This document shows, piece by piece, positions 37,776-46,556 of a DNA stretch of 64,000 nt. Position numbers and translations under genes: made by a program. This DNA is from Patescibacteria group bacterium (GTDB lineage: Bacteria; Patescibacteriota; Microgenomatia; UBA1400; UBA1449). The stretch is from the NCBI GenBank assembly GCA_050942955.1, contig JBMNOG010000001.1:4347-68346 (forward strand), read 5' to 3'. How positions within the stretch are numbered: position 1 is the first letter of the stretch; every line of letters starts with the position of its first letter. The notes under the pieces were generated by a model. It was not told the DNA's origin. It made no database searches and saw only the letters and a program-made list of their open reading frames with translations.

Positions 37776-38591
37776 TTATAACAGTGCTCTTATTTTCTCA
37801 ATCGCTTTTTCAGTCTGAACTTCGCCTTGCTTTATGTATCGTTGTCCTTTCATAAACTCTGTTAAATGAACATAAGGAATTTGAGGGTTAATAACAATAT
37901 CTGCACCTTTTTCATTCTCTTTTGCCAGGTAGTAAAGCAAGAGCACTATTGAGGATCCTGCAACAGACAAGGTGTTCAGCTTGGGGGTTTTCTGAGGAGA
38001 AAAGTGATACAGGTTAACTGCTACAACAACATCAGCTCCCATTTGCCTCACTACATCAACTGGTAAAGGGCAGCAAATACCACCATCAACCAAGAGCTGG
38101 CCATCCACTTCCGTAGGTTGGAACAAAAAGGGGATAGAGGAACTTGCCCTAATAGCAGTCGCCAAACACCCTTTATCTAAAATTTCCCTCTGTCCAGTTG
38201 TAACATTAGTTGCTATTGCCCTAAAAGGTACAGACAGATCTTCAATTTTTTGGTTTCCCAGCTGCTCACGCAAAAATTTCTCTGCTTTTTCGCCTTTAAA
38301 CAACCCCGCCTTAGAAATAAGGTCAGAAAAAACGGACAAAAACTTTTGATAGTTTATTTCACTAGCCAGATTCTCGATCCGTTCAATGTCTTGCCAGGCT
38401 GCAAAAAGGCCTCCAACAAGAGCTCCTGCACTGGAGCCAGCAATGTAGTCAATGGGGATGTTGTGTTTGAGGAGAGTTTTAATAACCCCAATGTGCGCTA
38501 ATCCTCTAGCGCCACCACTTCCTAAAACCAAACCAAGTTTCTTTCGCTTGTTATTTGATGCACCTTTTGAAGATCGCCTGAGCCCAAACAT
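37776..38591 (-). CDS. Patatin-like phospholipase
   Basis: Oxyanion GSGGARG, nucleophile GSSAG, catalytic DGG. Confidence 0.85.
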   Translation of the reverse strand: MFGLRRSSKGASNNKRKKLGLVLGSGGARGLAHIGVIKTLLKHNIPIDYIAGSSAGALVGGLFAAWQDIERIENLASEINYQKFLSVFSDLISKAGLFKGEKAEKFLREQLGNQKIEDLSVPFRAIATNVTTGQREILDKGCLATAIRASSSIPFLFQPTEVDGQLLVDGGICCPLPVDVVRQMGADVVVAVNLYHFSPQKTPKLNTLSVAGSSIVLLLYYLAKENEKGADIVINPQIPYVHLTEFMKGQRYIKQGEVQTEKAIEKIRALL

Positions 38592-38617
38592 AGATTCATT
38601 TTAGTCATAAATTGATC

Positions 38618-39469
38618 TTACTTGAAAGAAGCAACTAATTCTCCAATATCAATCATTTCTATAGATTGATTGAGAAGAGGAGTAGTTTTTAGCTGTGGCA
38701 GGAAGGAACTATAGGCAGGTCTATTTGATTTATAAATAACTCCTGTTGCCAGTTTTTCCGGCTCTTCATCTAAGACTTTTAGAGCCTCGTCCTTTGACAG
38801 ACCATTACCATTTTCAAGTTTATGTATTCTTTCCTTGTACCAAGCAACATCCATATCTTTATTAAATGATGGGCACGGCTGGAGGACTTCTACTAGAGAA
38901 AAGCCTTTATGCTTAATAGCTGCTTCAATAAGGTCTGTTAATTGCTGGGGATCTACTGCAAAACCTCTGGCAACAAAACCTGCATCATGAAGAACTGCAG
39001 TTTTGAGGGGTTGGAAAGGGATCTCGATGACTCCAAATGGGGTGGACTTTGTCTTTGCGCCCTGAAAGGCAACGGGTGAGCGCTGGCCGGTAGTTAAACT
39101 GTATAGCCGGTTATTATGTACAATCGCAGTAATATTGAAATTCCCCCGTACTGCTTCAATAAAATGCTCTACGCCTTCCCCATATAAACCGCCATCACCA
39201 CCAATAGCAACAACCGGAAACTGGTGGTGAGCCAGATGAACCCCAATAGCTGTTGAGATAGCGCGGCCATGCAGCCCGTGAATACCATACGTACTGAGAA
39301 AGTCTGCCATATTACTCGAGCAGCCAACATCATAAACCATACACACATCATCTTTAGTGAAGTTTAGTCTAGTAAAGGCATTTTTAAGAGCCGACCAGAC
39401 TCCAAAGTTACCACAACCAGGACACCAGGTAGGTACAATTCTTGAGTTATAGTCTTGTTGAGTAGTCAT
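38618..39469 (-). CDS. 2-oxoacid:ferredoxin oxidoreductase beta subunit (TPP-binding)
   Basis: WCPGCGNFG N-terminus; GDG..EG TPP motif. Confidence 0.8.
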   Translation of the reverse strand: MTTQQDYNSRIVPTWCPGCGNFGVWSALKNAFTRLNFTKDDVCMVYDVGCSSNMADFLSTYGIHGLHGRAISTAIGVHLAHHQFPVVAIGGDGGLYGEGVEHFIEAVRGNFNITAIVHNNRLYSLTTGQRSPVAFQGAKTKSTPFGVIEIPFQPLKTAVLHDAGFVARGFAVDPQQLTDLIEAAIKHKGFSLVEVLQPCPSFNKDMDVAWYKERIHKLENGNGLSKDEALKVLDEEPEKLATGVIYKSNRPAYSSFLPQLKTTPLLNQSIEMIDIGELVASFK

Positions 39470-39473
39470 GCGT

Positions 39474-41168
39474 TTATTTAAGATTTCTAATCCAAGTTAC
39501 TATATCTTCAGGGTAGAATGGTCGCCCATCATACCTTCGCAAGGAAGCAGCCATCTCAATCCCTGTTTGTTCACGGATAAGAGACTCGAGTTGCCCTAAT
39601 TTATTACCCTCTACACATATCACTCTTTTTGCAGCCTTAAGGACTTTAGTAACTTGCTTCTTTGGAAATGGCCAGACATAGTTAAAGTGAAGGTAGCTTG
39701 TGTTCTCAAGCTCTTTAAGGGCCTCACGCACAGATCCCATCGTACTCCCAAAACCAACAATAACAGTTCCAGCCTCTTTATCGCCGTATAATGGTAGTTC
39801 CCAAAGGTCCTGCTTTACTGTTTCCAGTTTTTGCAACCGTTTATCCATTTGCTGAACTCTTTCTTTAGGGTCCTCAGTAACCAAAGAGTCTTCGCCGTGT
39901 TCATAACTATTGGCGATAAGCGATGCCCTGTTTACCTGCCCTAAAACTGGTCTTGGAGAAACACCGGTATCAGTAAGTTTATAACGTCTATACTCCTTGT
40001 AAAGGCCACCACTAGCAAACCCGTACCGTTTGTTTTTCACCAAATTCTCGAAGGGTGTTGTACTTTGGTAACTTTCACTCAAAACCTTGTCTACAAGAAT
40101 AAGTGCAGGCATCTGATACTTTTCTGACAATTCTAAAGCTTTACGAGTCAATTCAAAGCATTCTTGGATATCTCCCGGAGTAAAAACAAGCCTAGGAAAT
40201 TCATCTTGGGATGCATTGATAGCAAATTTCATATCCCCCTGTCCCGTCCATGTTGGTAATCCTGTAGCTGGTCCCGGTCTCATAGAAATTACTATCACGA
40301 CAGGTACTTCTCCAATTCCTGCAAAACCTAAAGCCTCTACCATTAAGGAAAATCCACCACCAGCACTAGCAGTCATAGTTCTCACACCAGCGGCAGCAGC
40401 TCCGATAGCGGAGTTTATGGCTCCAACTTCATTTTCCGTATGGTTAACCACGATACTAAAGTTTCTATCTTGCGCTGCAAGAGTATGGAGTATTGAGGTT
40501 GCCGGTGTCATTGGATAAGCGGCATAGTACTTTAATCCTCCAGCAATAGCCCCCACACTAATCGCTTCATTGCCTGTAAGAACTATCTGTTCTTTTTCTT
40601 GAGGTTTTTCAAGCCCTATCTTTAATTCATTAAATTGCTGCTTTATATAATTAAATCCTGCTTCTGCAGCCTTTTTATTTGCCTCTACGACGTTACTACC
40701 TTTATCGCTAAAAGTATCGACAATAATTTCGTAAAGAACCTGGATATCCAAACTACAAAGACAACAAATAGCACCGAGAGAAACCATATTCGACATAATA
40801 GCCATGCCGCCTGCATCTTCAGCAAGCTTTGCCCAGGGTATTTCAACCGCTACTGCTTTGGTTGGGGTAGTTACTCTTTGTGGATCGTATAAAACTAAAG
40901 ATTCTTTAGAAAGTTCATCTTCGTGCATTCTAATCGTTTCATCATCCAAGGCTATGAGAATGTCTAGTTTCCTATGCTGAGAGTAAACTTTTTCTTTGCC
41001 TGCAAAAACTTGGAACGTATTGTGACCGCCACGGACCAAAGAAGGATACTCGTCGTAAGAGAAAATAGAAAACCCGGAGCGTGAGAAAATTTTGGAAAGA
41101 ATAAGTCCTGTGACTTTTATACCTTCACCTGCTTTACCGCCGATTTTAATGTTTATACTAGAGTTCAT
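39474..41168 (-). CDS. 2-oxoacid:ferredoxin oxidoreductase alpha subunit (with N-terminal gamma-like domain)
   Basis: IKIGGKAGEGI gamma-domain start; YPMTPAT alpha-domain motif. Confidence 0.8.
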   Translation of the reverse strand: MNSSINIKIGGKAGEGIKVTGLILSKIFSRSGFSIFSYDEYPSLVRGGHNTFQVFAGKEKVYSQHRKLDILIALDDETIRMHEDELSKESLVLYDPQRVTTPTKAVAVEIPWAKLAEDAGGMAIMSNMVSLGAICCLCSLDIQVLYEIIVDTFSDKGSNVVEANKKAAEAGFNYIKQQFNELKIGLEKPQEKEQIVLTGNEAISVGAIAGGLKYYAAYPMTPATSILHTLAAQDRNFSIVVNHTENEVGAINSAIGAAAAGVRTMTASAGGGFSLMVEALGFAGIGEVPVVIVISMRPGPATGLPTWTGQGDMKFAINASQDEFPRLVFTPGDIQECFELTRKALELSEKYQMPALILVDKVLSESYQSTTPFENLVKNKRYGFASGGLYKEYRRYKLTDTGVSPRPVLGQVNRASLIANSYEHGEDSLVTEDPKERVQQMDKRLQKLETVKQDLWELPLYGDKEAGTVIVGFGSTMGSVREALKELENTSYLHFNYVWPFPKKQVTKVLKAAKRVICVEGNKLGQLESLIREQTGIEMAASLRRYDGRPFYPEDIVTWIRNLK

Positions 41169-41388
41169 ATAAGTAGGTTTTTTAACTACAAGTAAAGAGT
41201 TTACAACTGTATTGGGGAAGGTGCAACCCGAAAAACTACCAGGCTTTTTAAGGATATAACTAACTCTTCCTTCCCATATAATGAGTATATAGGTTACTCT
41301 TGTGAAAAAGTTTAGAAAATGGGTGATATTTTCCCAACAAAAAAGCGGCGGACAAAATGCCTGCCGCTTTTCACTATACTTAGGTCGT

Positions 41389-42060
41389 TTACTTCAGTAC
41401 ATCTTCTATCGCAGCTTTTAGCTCTGCCGCTTCTTTTGCTTTACCAGATTCTCCTTCACGCTCGTATGCATTTCCGACTCTAAAGTACTTACAACCAACT
41501 ACAAATGTTGGAACAGTACCTTCAGGATTAAATTCAAAGTAAGTATTCTCATGTTGGGGAGGAACGGCTGTTTCAATTTCAGAAGTTACAGTATTATCCT
41601 TTGTATCGAATTCCCAATGATAGGCAGCTATCTGACCCGCATTCATAAATGGAGCGACTACTTCATCAAACGTATCTGCAATCCATACACAATGAGGACA
41701 TCTAGTGGTTGAAAAAAGGTAAACTAGAGGCTTTCCGTCTTCTTTACAGATTTCAGCATCTTTTTTCTCCATAAATGTGGCAATACCTGCTGCTGTAGGA
41801 GCAACTGTTTCCAGTCCCTCAGAAATAGAAGGTTGCTGCTGTGGTGCTGTCTCTTCTACTTTTGCTTGTTCTCCAGCCACTGTTTCATTTTTTTCAAGCT
41901 GTTGGACTTGAGCCGAGAGTCTACCCACAAAGAAAGCAGCAATAACTAAAAGGCTAACTAGAATACCTGTAAGCAGTGAGGGCTTAGGACTTTGATTGTC
42001 AGACATATACATCTCCTGAATTTTTAACCTGATTTGCACCAATTCTACCCGAAGCAGCAA
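41389..42060 (-). CDS. Membrane-anchored thioredoxin-fold thiol-disulfide oxidoreductase
   Basis: TM helix then CPHC active-site motif; start probably an internal Met (MSDNQ). Confidence 0.6.
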   Translation of the reverse strand: MLLRVELVQIRLKIQEMYMSDNQSPKPSLLTGILVSLLVIAAFFVGRLSAQVQQLEKNETVAGEQAKVEETAPQQQPSISEGLETVAPTAAGIATFMEKKDAEICKEDGKPLVYLFSTTRCPHCVWIADTFDEVVAPFMNAGQIAAYHWEFDTKDNTVTSEIETAVPPQHENTYFEFNPEGTVPTFVVGCKYFRVGNAYEREGESGKAKEAAELKAAIEDVLK

Positions 42061-42139
42061 TTAAGTGCAAAAGCAAACACACCATATATATAATAAACGA
42101 ATGTCTTGTTTGTTTTTAAATGATTTTGTTGGTACAATA

Positions 42140-42278
42140 ATGATGTTTTATCTCAGCGCCAGAGCAGACCTCACCAACCTGCAAGCTGAGGGCAAACCAG
42201 CCTAAACGGGGTTAAATAAGTATAAGAAAGAGTGGAACCGCGTAACCGCCTCTTGTGAAAAATAGGCGGTTTTTTTTA
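42140..42278 (+). promoter_or_regulatory. T-box riboswitch leader of thrS (Thr-specific)
   Basis: Stem I hairpin ctcagc...gctgag with ACC-containing loop; T-box sequence AGAGTGGAACCGCG (vs consensus AGGGUGGNACCGCG) at 42229-42242; intrinsic terminator aaccgcct-cttgtgaaaaat-aggcggtt plus T8 at 42244-42277, overlapping the antiterminator strand. Confidence 0.7.
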
Positions 42279-42331
42279 TAACAGCTTATAAAGTTTGAAA
42301 ACCAAAGAGTAATACTCATTGGTAAAAAGAT

Positions 42332-44128
42332 ATGTCAAAAGTAAATGAAAACTTGAATAACCTTTCTGAAAAAGAACAACACCTTTTAGCTATACGGCAT
42401 AGTGCAGAACATGTCCTAACTATGGCTATGCGCACATTTTTTCCTCGCATGAAAATGGCAATGGGACCGGCTACGTCCGATGGCTTTTATTTTGATGTTG
42501 ATTTGGAAGACCAAAAAATTACCGAAGATGATTTTAGCAAACTTGAGAGGGAGATGTACCGAATCATCAATAAGAAGCTTCCTATAGAAGGAGAAGAGAT
42601 TTCTGTAAAAGAGGCCAGAAAACTCTTTGAAGGCAACGAGTATAAACAAGAGTGGCTTGATGAAATTGAAGCAAAAGGAGAAAAGGTTACAATCTACTGG
42701 ATTGGCAAAGGCAACAAAGATGAGTTTGTTGATCTTTGCAGTGGTCCCCATGTTACCAACACGTCTGAAATTGGCACTGTTAAACTTCTGTCTCTTGCCG
42801 GAGCCTACTGGAGAGGAGATGAGAAAAATAAAATGCTCACTCGCATCTACGGCACTGCTTTTGAGACAAAAGAAGAACTTCAGGATTATTTGCATATGCT
42901 TGAAGAGGCCAGAAAACGTGATCACCGAAAACTTGGCCAGGAACTAGGACTATTTTTAATTGATGAAGAGATTGGGAAGGGTTTACCCTTATGGCTACCT
43001 AAAGGTGCAACACTTAGAAAAACACTTATGGATTTTGCGTTAAACACATATCTAGAAAGAGGATACAAACAAGTAGCAACTCCACACATTGGTAGTCAAT
43101 CTTTATGGGAGACTTCGGGTCACTGGTTTTTTTACAAAGATAGCCTTTACCAACCATTTGGAATCGAAGACGAACAGTATCTTTTAAAACCAATGAATTG
43201 TCCTTTTCATATCAAGATGTACCAAAGTCAAAGCCACAGCTATAGAGACCTTCCTGTTAGGTATACCGAGATGGGCACTGTGTATCGATATGAAAAGACT
43301 GGAGAATTGAGTGGTCTAACGAGAGTCCGCGGCTTCACTCAGGACGATGCTCACATTTTTTGTAGGCCGGACCAGCTTCACGAAGAATTAGTTAACACAA
43401 TTAAGTTAATTAAGTTTATTTGGGGAACGCTAGGTCTCACTGATTTTGAGGTTAGTCTGTCTGTAGGAGACTCTGAGAAAAGAGAAAAGTACTTAGGTGA
43501 TGAAGAACACTGGAAATTAGCGGAAGATGCTCTCGAAAAAGCCCTAATTGAAGAAAAGGTGCCTTATAAAAGATATCCCGGAGAAGCGGCTTTTTACGGA
43601 CCTAAGATTGATTTTCTTTTCTCAGATTCGCTGGGGCGAAAATGGCAGTGCTCCACAGTTCAGGTAGATTTTAATATGCCTTTTAAGTTTAAGATGGAAT
43701 ACATAGATCAGGAGGGTAAAAAAGTTCAGCCAATTATGCTCCACCGAGCGCTTTTAGGTTCCATCGAGAGATCATTAGCTATTCTCATTGAACACTACGC
43801 TGGAGCTTTTCCATTATGGCTTTCTCCTATACAGGTAGTTGTTATCCCAATTTCTGAGAAATTTACAAAGTACGGAGAAAAAATTGTAGGTCAACTGACA
43901 GAAATCGGTGCAAGAGTTGAGCTTGATAGCCGGGAAGAATCTATGCAGAAAAGGATACGAAGTGCTGAAAAGCAAAAGATTCCCTACATGCTGGTTGTGG
44001 GTGAAAAAGAAGAACAGAGCAGTACAGTCGCAGTACGCCAGCGAGGAAGAAAGGACCTGGGAGGTATGGGAATAGATACCTTTAAACAGAGAATAAACAA
44101 AGAGATAGAAAGTAAAGAAAACTGGTAA
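42332..44128 (+). CDS. thrS: Threonyl-tRNA synthetase (lacks the N-terminal TGS domain)
   Basis: Begins at the editing domain (HSAEHVL), class II motifs, C-terminal anticodon-binding domain; 598 aa. Confidence 0.9.
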   Translation: MSKVNENLNNLSEKEQHLLAIRHSAEHVLTMAMRTFFPRMKMAMGPATSDGFYFDVDLEDQKITEDDFSKLEREMYRIINKKLPIEGEEISVKEARKLFEGNEYKQEWLDEIEAKGEKVTIYWIGKGNKDEFVDLCSGPHVTNTSEIGTVKLLSLAGAYWRGDEKNKMLTRIYGTAFETKEELQDYLHMLEEARKRDHRKLGQELGLFLIDEEIGKGLPLWLPKGATLRKTLMDFALNTYLERGYKQVATPHIGSQSLWETSGHWFFYKDSLYQPFGIEDEQYLLKPMNCPFHIKMYQSQSHSYRDLPVRYTEMGTVYRYEKTGELSGLTRVRGFTQDDAHIFCRPDQLHEELVNTIKLIKFIWGTLGLTDFEVSLSVGDSEKREKYLGDEEHWKLAEDALEKALIEEKVPYKRYPGEAAFYGPKIDFLFSDSLGRKWQCSTVQVDFNMPFKFKMEYIDQEGKKVQPIMLHRALLGSIERSLAILIEHYAGAFPLWLSPIQVVVIPISEKFTKYGEKIVGQLTEIGARVELDSREESMQKRIRSAEKQKIPYMLVVGEKEEQSSTVAVRQRGRKDLGGMGIDTFKQRINKEIESKENW

Positions 44129-44216
44129 ATTGCATATTGCCTGGAGTTTTGATAAAATCCAGAGAAAGATACAGAAGGAATGCCTGTTACTAATCTTTCT
44201 GTATTTTTATTGAGCC

Positions 44217-44726
44217 ATTAAGAAGTATTACAGAGTAAACCAGAATATTAGAGTTCCGGAGGTCAGAGTCATAGATGCTGATGGGGAGAACTTGGGAGTC
44301 TTACGAACTGAGGAGGCTTTATTTAAGGCTAAACAAAAAGGCCTTGACCTAGTTGAGGTAACAGATAAAGCTAATCCACCTGTCTGCCGTATCATTGACT
44401 TTCGCAAGTTTAGGTATAAGGAACAAAAAAAGGATCAGGCAGGGAAAAAGAAGGGGAGAGCTCAGGATATTAAAGAGGTTAGGTTTACCCCTTTTATCGG
44501 AAGGTCTGATTTTGAAAGCAGAGTAAAGAAAATCAGGTCTTTTCTTGAAGAAGGAGATAAGGTAAAATTAACTGTCAAATTTGTCGGAAGACAAATTACT
44601 CGAAAAGATTTTGGTGACCGCATCATGGGCGAAGCTCTACAAGCGGTAGAAGATATTGCCAAAGTAGAATCTGAACCGACTCTACAAGGAAAGATGCTGG
44701 GAATGGTCATCAAACCAAAAAAGTAA
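44217..44726 (+). CDS. infC: Translation initiation factor IF-3, probable ATT start codon
   Basis: In-frame N-terminal extension IKKYYRVNQNIRVPEVRVIDADGENLGVL matches IF-3 'NeeIRapEVRLIdedGeqLGv'. First in-frame codon after the TGA at 44211 is ATT (44217); no ATG upstream of the conserved region. Confidence 0.7.
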   Translation: MKKYYRVNQNIRVPEVRVIDADGENLGVLRTEEALFKAKQKGLDLVEVTDKANPPVCRIIDFRKFRYKEQKKDQAGKKKGRAQDIKEVRFTPFIGRSDFESRVKKIRSFLEEGDKVKLTVKFVGRQITRKDFGDRIMGEALQAVEDIAKVESEPTLQGKMLGMVIKPKK

Positions 44727-44785
44727 GTGAGTCTAAAATTCAAGCTACAAGTCTGTCTTGGTGTCTTGAATTTTAATTTTTTATT

Positions 44786-44980
44786 GTGCCAAAGCAAAAA
44801 ACTCGAAAATCAATATCAAAGCGCTTTAAGTTAACAAAATCCGGTAAGATTCTGCGCCGAACGATAGGCATGAGACACCTTAAAGCTAGCAAGTCTAAAA
44901 AACAGAGCCGCCGGCAAAAACAGGTTAACTATGTGACCGGAACAGTTGCTAAAAAATTAAAAAAGGTTTTAGAAGGATAA
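44786..44980 (+). CDS. rpmI: Ribosomal protein L35
   Basis: MPKQKTRKSISKRFKLTKSGKI.. Confidence 0.85.
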   Translation: MPKQKTRKSISKRFKLTKSGKILRRTIGMRHLKASKSKKQSRRQKQVNYVTGTVAKKLKKVLEG

Positions 44981-44983
44981 ACT

Positions 44984-45331
44984 ATGAGAGTCAAAACCGG
45001 GACAGTCCGGCATCACAAGCACAAGCAAGTATTGGGTAAGGCTAAAGGGATGCGTATGAGTATTCGCAAGCGCTTTAAATTAGCCAAACAAGCTGAACTT
45101 CATGCCGGAGAGTATGCTTTTGCAGGTAGGAAAGATCGCAAAAGCGACTTTAGAAGGCTTTGGATTCAACGAATTAATGCAGCTTTAAAAGAACTTGGAG
45201 TCGGATATAAAACGTTCATCTATGACCTCAAAAAGACTGGTATTAAACTTAATCGAAAGATGCTGGCAGATTTAGCGGTTAATAATCCAGAAGTTTTTGC
45301 TGAAGTTGTTAAAAAGGCACAAGCTAAGTAA
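44984..45331 (+). CDS. rplT: Ribosomal protein L20
   Basis: MRVKTG..RHHK..; RINAAL. Confidence 0.9.
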   Translation: MRVKTGTVRHHKHKQVLGKAKGMRMSIRKRFKLAKQAELHAGEYAFAGRKDRKSDFRRLWIQRINAALKELGVGYKTFIYDLKKTGIKLNRKMLADLAVNNPEVFAEVVKKAQAK

Positions 45332-45412
45332 ATAATATGATTGAGTCACTAAGCACTGTTTCATTTTTTTTCTTTACCCGCCATTAAGTGGGTTGGATTT
45401 TTATAAAAAATA

Positions 45413-45440
45413 TGACCCACTGTAAGGTGGGTTTTTTTGT
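45413..45440 (+). terminator. Rho-independent terminator after rplT
   Basis: gacccac-tgtaag-gtgggt followed by ttttttt. Confidence 0.6.
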
Positions 45441-45463
45441 AACAATTTGATAAGATTAATGAT

Positions 45464-46510
45464 ATGCAAGACCTTCTTGTCTTAAAACTCCAAACTATAG
45501 CCGCTATTGAAGACGCTCAAAATCCCGAAGAACTCGAAGGGATTAGAATCCGGTTTTTAGGGAAAAAAGGGATCTTAAAGGAAGCAATGAAAGAGGTAAC
45601 CATTCTTCCCCCTGAAAAAAGAGCGGCTTTTGGAAGAACCGCCAATCAAGTAAAACAGGAGATTGAAGAGGCTTTAAACCGAAAACTTCGGCAGTTTTCA
45701 AAAGCTCCAGCAAAGAAAGAGTGGGTAGATGTAACGATGCCGGGCATAAAACCACCTGAAGGACATCTTCATTTAGTTACTCAAGCAATTAAAGAGATAG
45801 CCGATATTTTTGAAAAAGTTGGTTTTGTCAGAGTAAGATACCCGGAAGTAGAGTGGGATTGGTTCGCTTTCGAGGCACTAAATATGCCCAAAAACCATCC
45901 AGCTAGAGATGAATGGGAGACTCTGTTTGTGGAAACTAAGCCTCATCCTAAATATGGCAAAATGGTGCTGACTCCTCATACTTCCAGCGGCCAAGTAAGG
46001 GAAATGCAGCGGGTAGGAAAACCTCCTATCAGAATGATTAACATTGCCAAGTGCTACAGAAGGCAACAGGATATAACTCACGCCATTATGTTTCATCAGT
46101 TTGAAGGACTAGTCATTGATAAAGGCATTTCGATTGCCCACCTTAAAGGCACATTAGATTATTTTGCCCGGTCTTTTTATGGACCTAACCGCAAAACCAG
46201 ACTACGGCCTTTTCATTTTCAGTTTACAGAACCATCGTTTGAAGTGGATATTAACTGCGCAGTTTGTCTTGGCACAGGTATGGTTAACGGCAAAAAGTGC
46301 CGGACCTGCAAACAAGGCTGGCTTGAACTGGGAGGTGCTGGGATGGTTCATCCTAATGTCCTAAAGGCCGGAGGAATTGATCCAAACAAATACACTGGGT
46401 TTGCTTTTGGCTGGGGAGTCGAGAGGGTATATATGATGCGTTCTGATGTAAGAATAGAAGATATCCGCATTCTTTATGAAAATGATGTACGGTTTTTGGA
46501 ACAGTTTTAA
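45464..46510 (+). CDS. pheS: Phenylalanyl-tRNA synthetase alpha subunit
   Basis: Class II catalytic core; FQFTEPSFEVD, GWAFGWGVER. Confidence 0.9.
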   Translation: MQDLLVLKLQTIAAIEDAQNPEELEGIRIRFLGKKGILKEAMKEVTILPPEKRAAFGRTANQVKQEIEEALNRKLRQFSKAPAKKEWVDVTMPGIKPPEGHLHLVTQAIKEIADIFEKVGFVRVRYPEVEWDWFAFEALNMPKNHPARDEWETLFVETKPHPKYGKMVLTPHTSSGQVREMQRVGKPPIRMINIAKCYRRQQDITHAIMFHQFEGLVIDKGISIAHLKGTLDYFARSFYGPNRKTRLRPFHFQFTEPSFEVDINCAVCLGTGMVNGKKCRTCKQGWLELGGAGMVHPNVLKAGGIDPNKYTGFAFGWGVERVYMMRSDVRIEDIRILYENDVRFLEQF

Positions 46511-46556
46511 CTAGTTTTATTTCGACTGTTTACTGTAATAAAGTTAAATCAACAAT

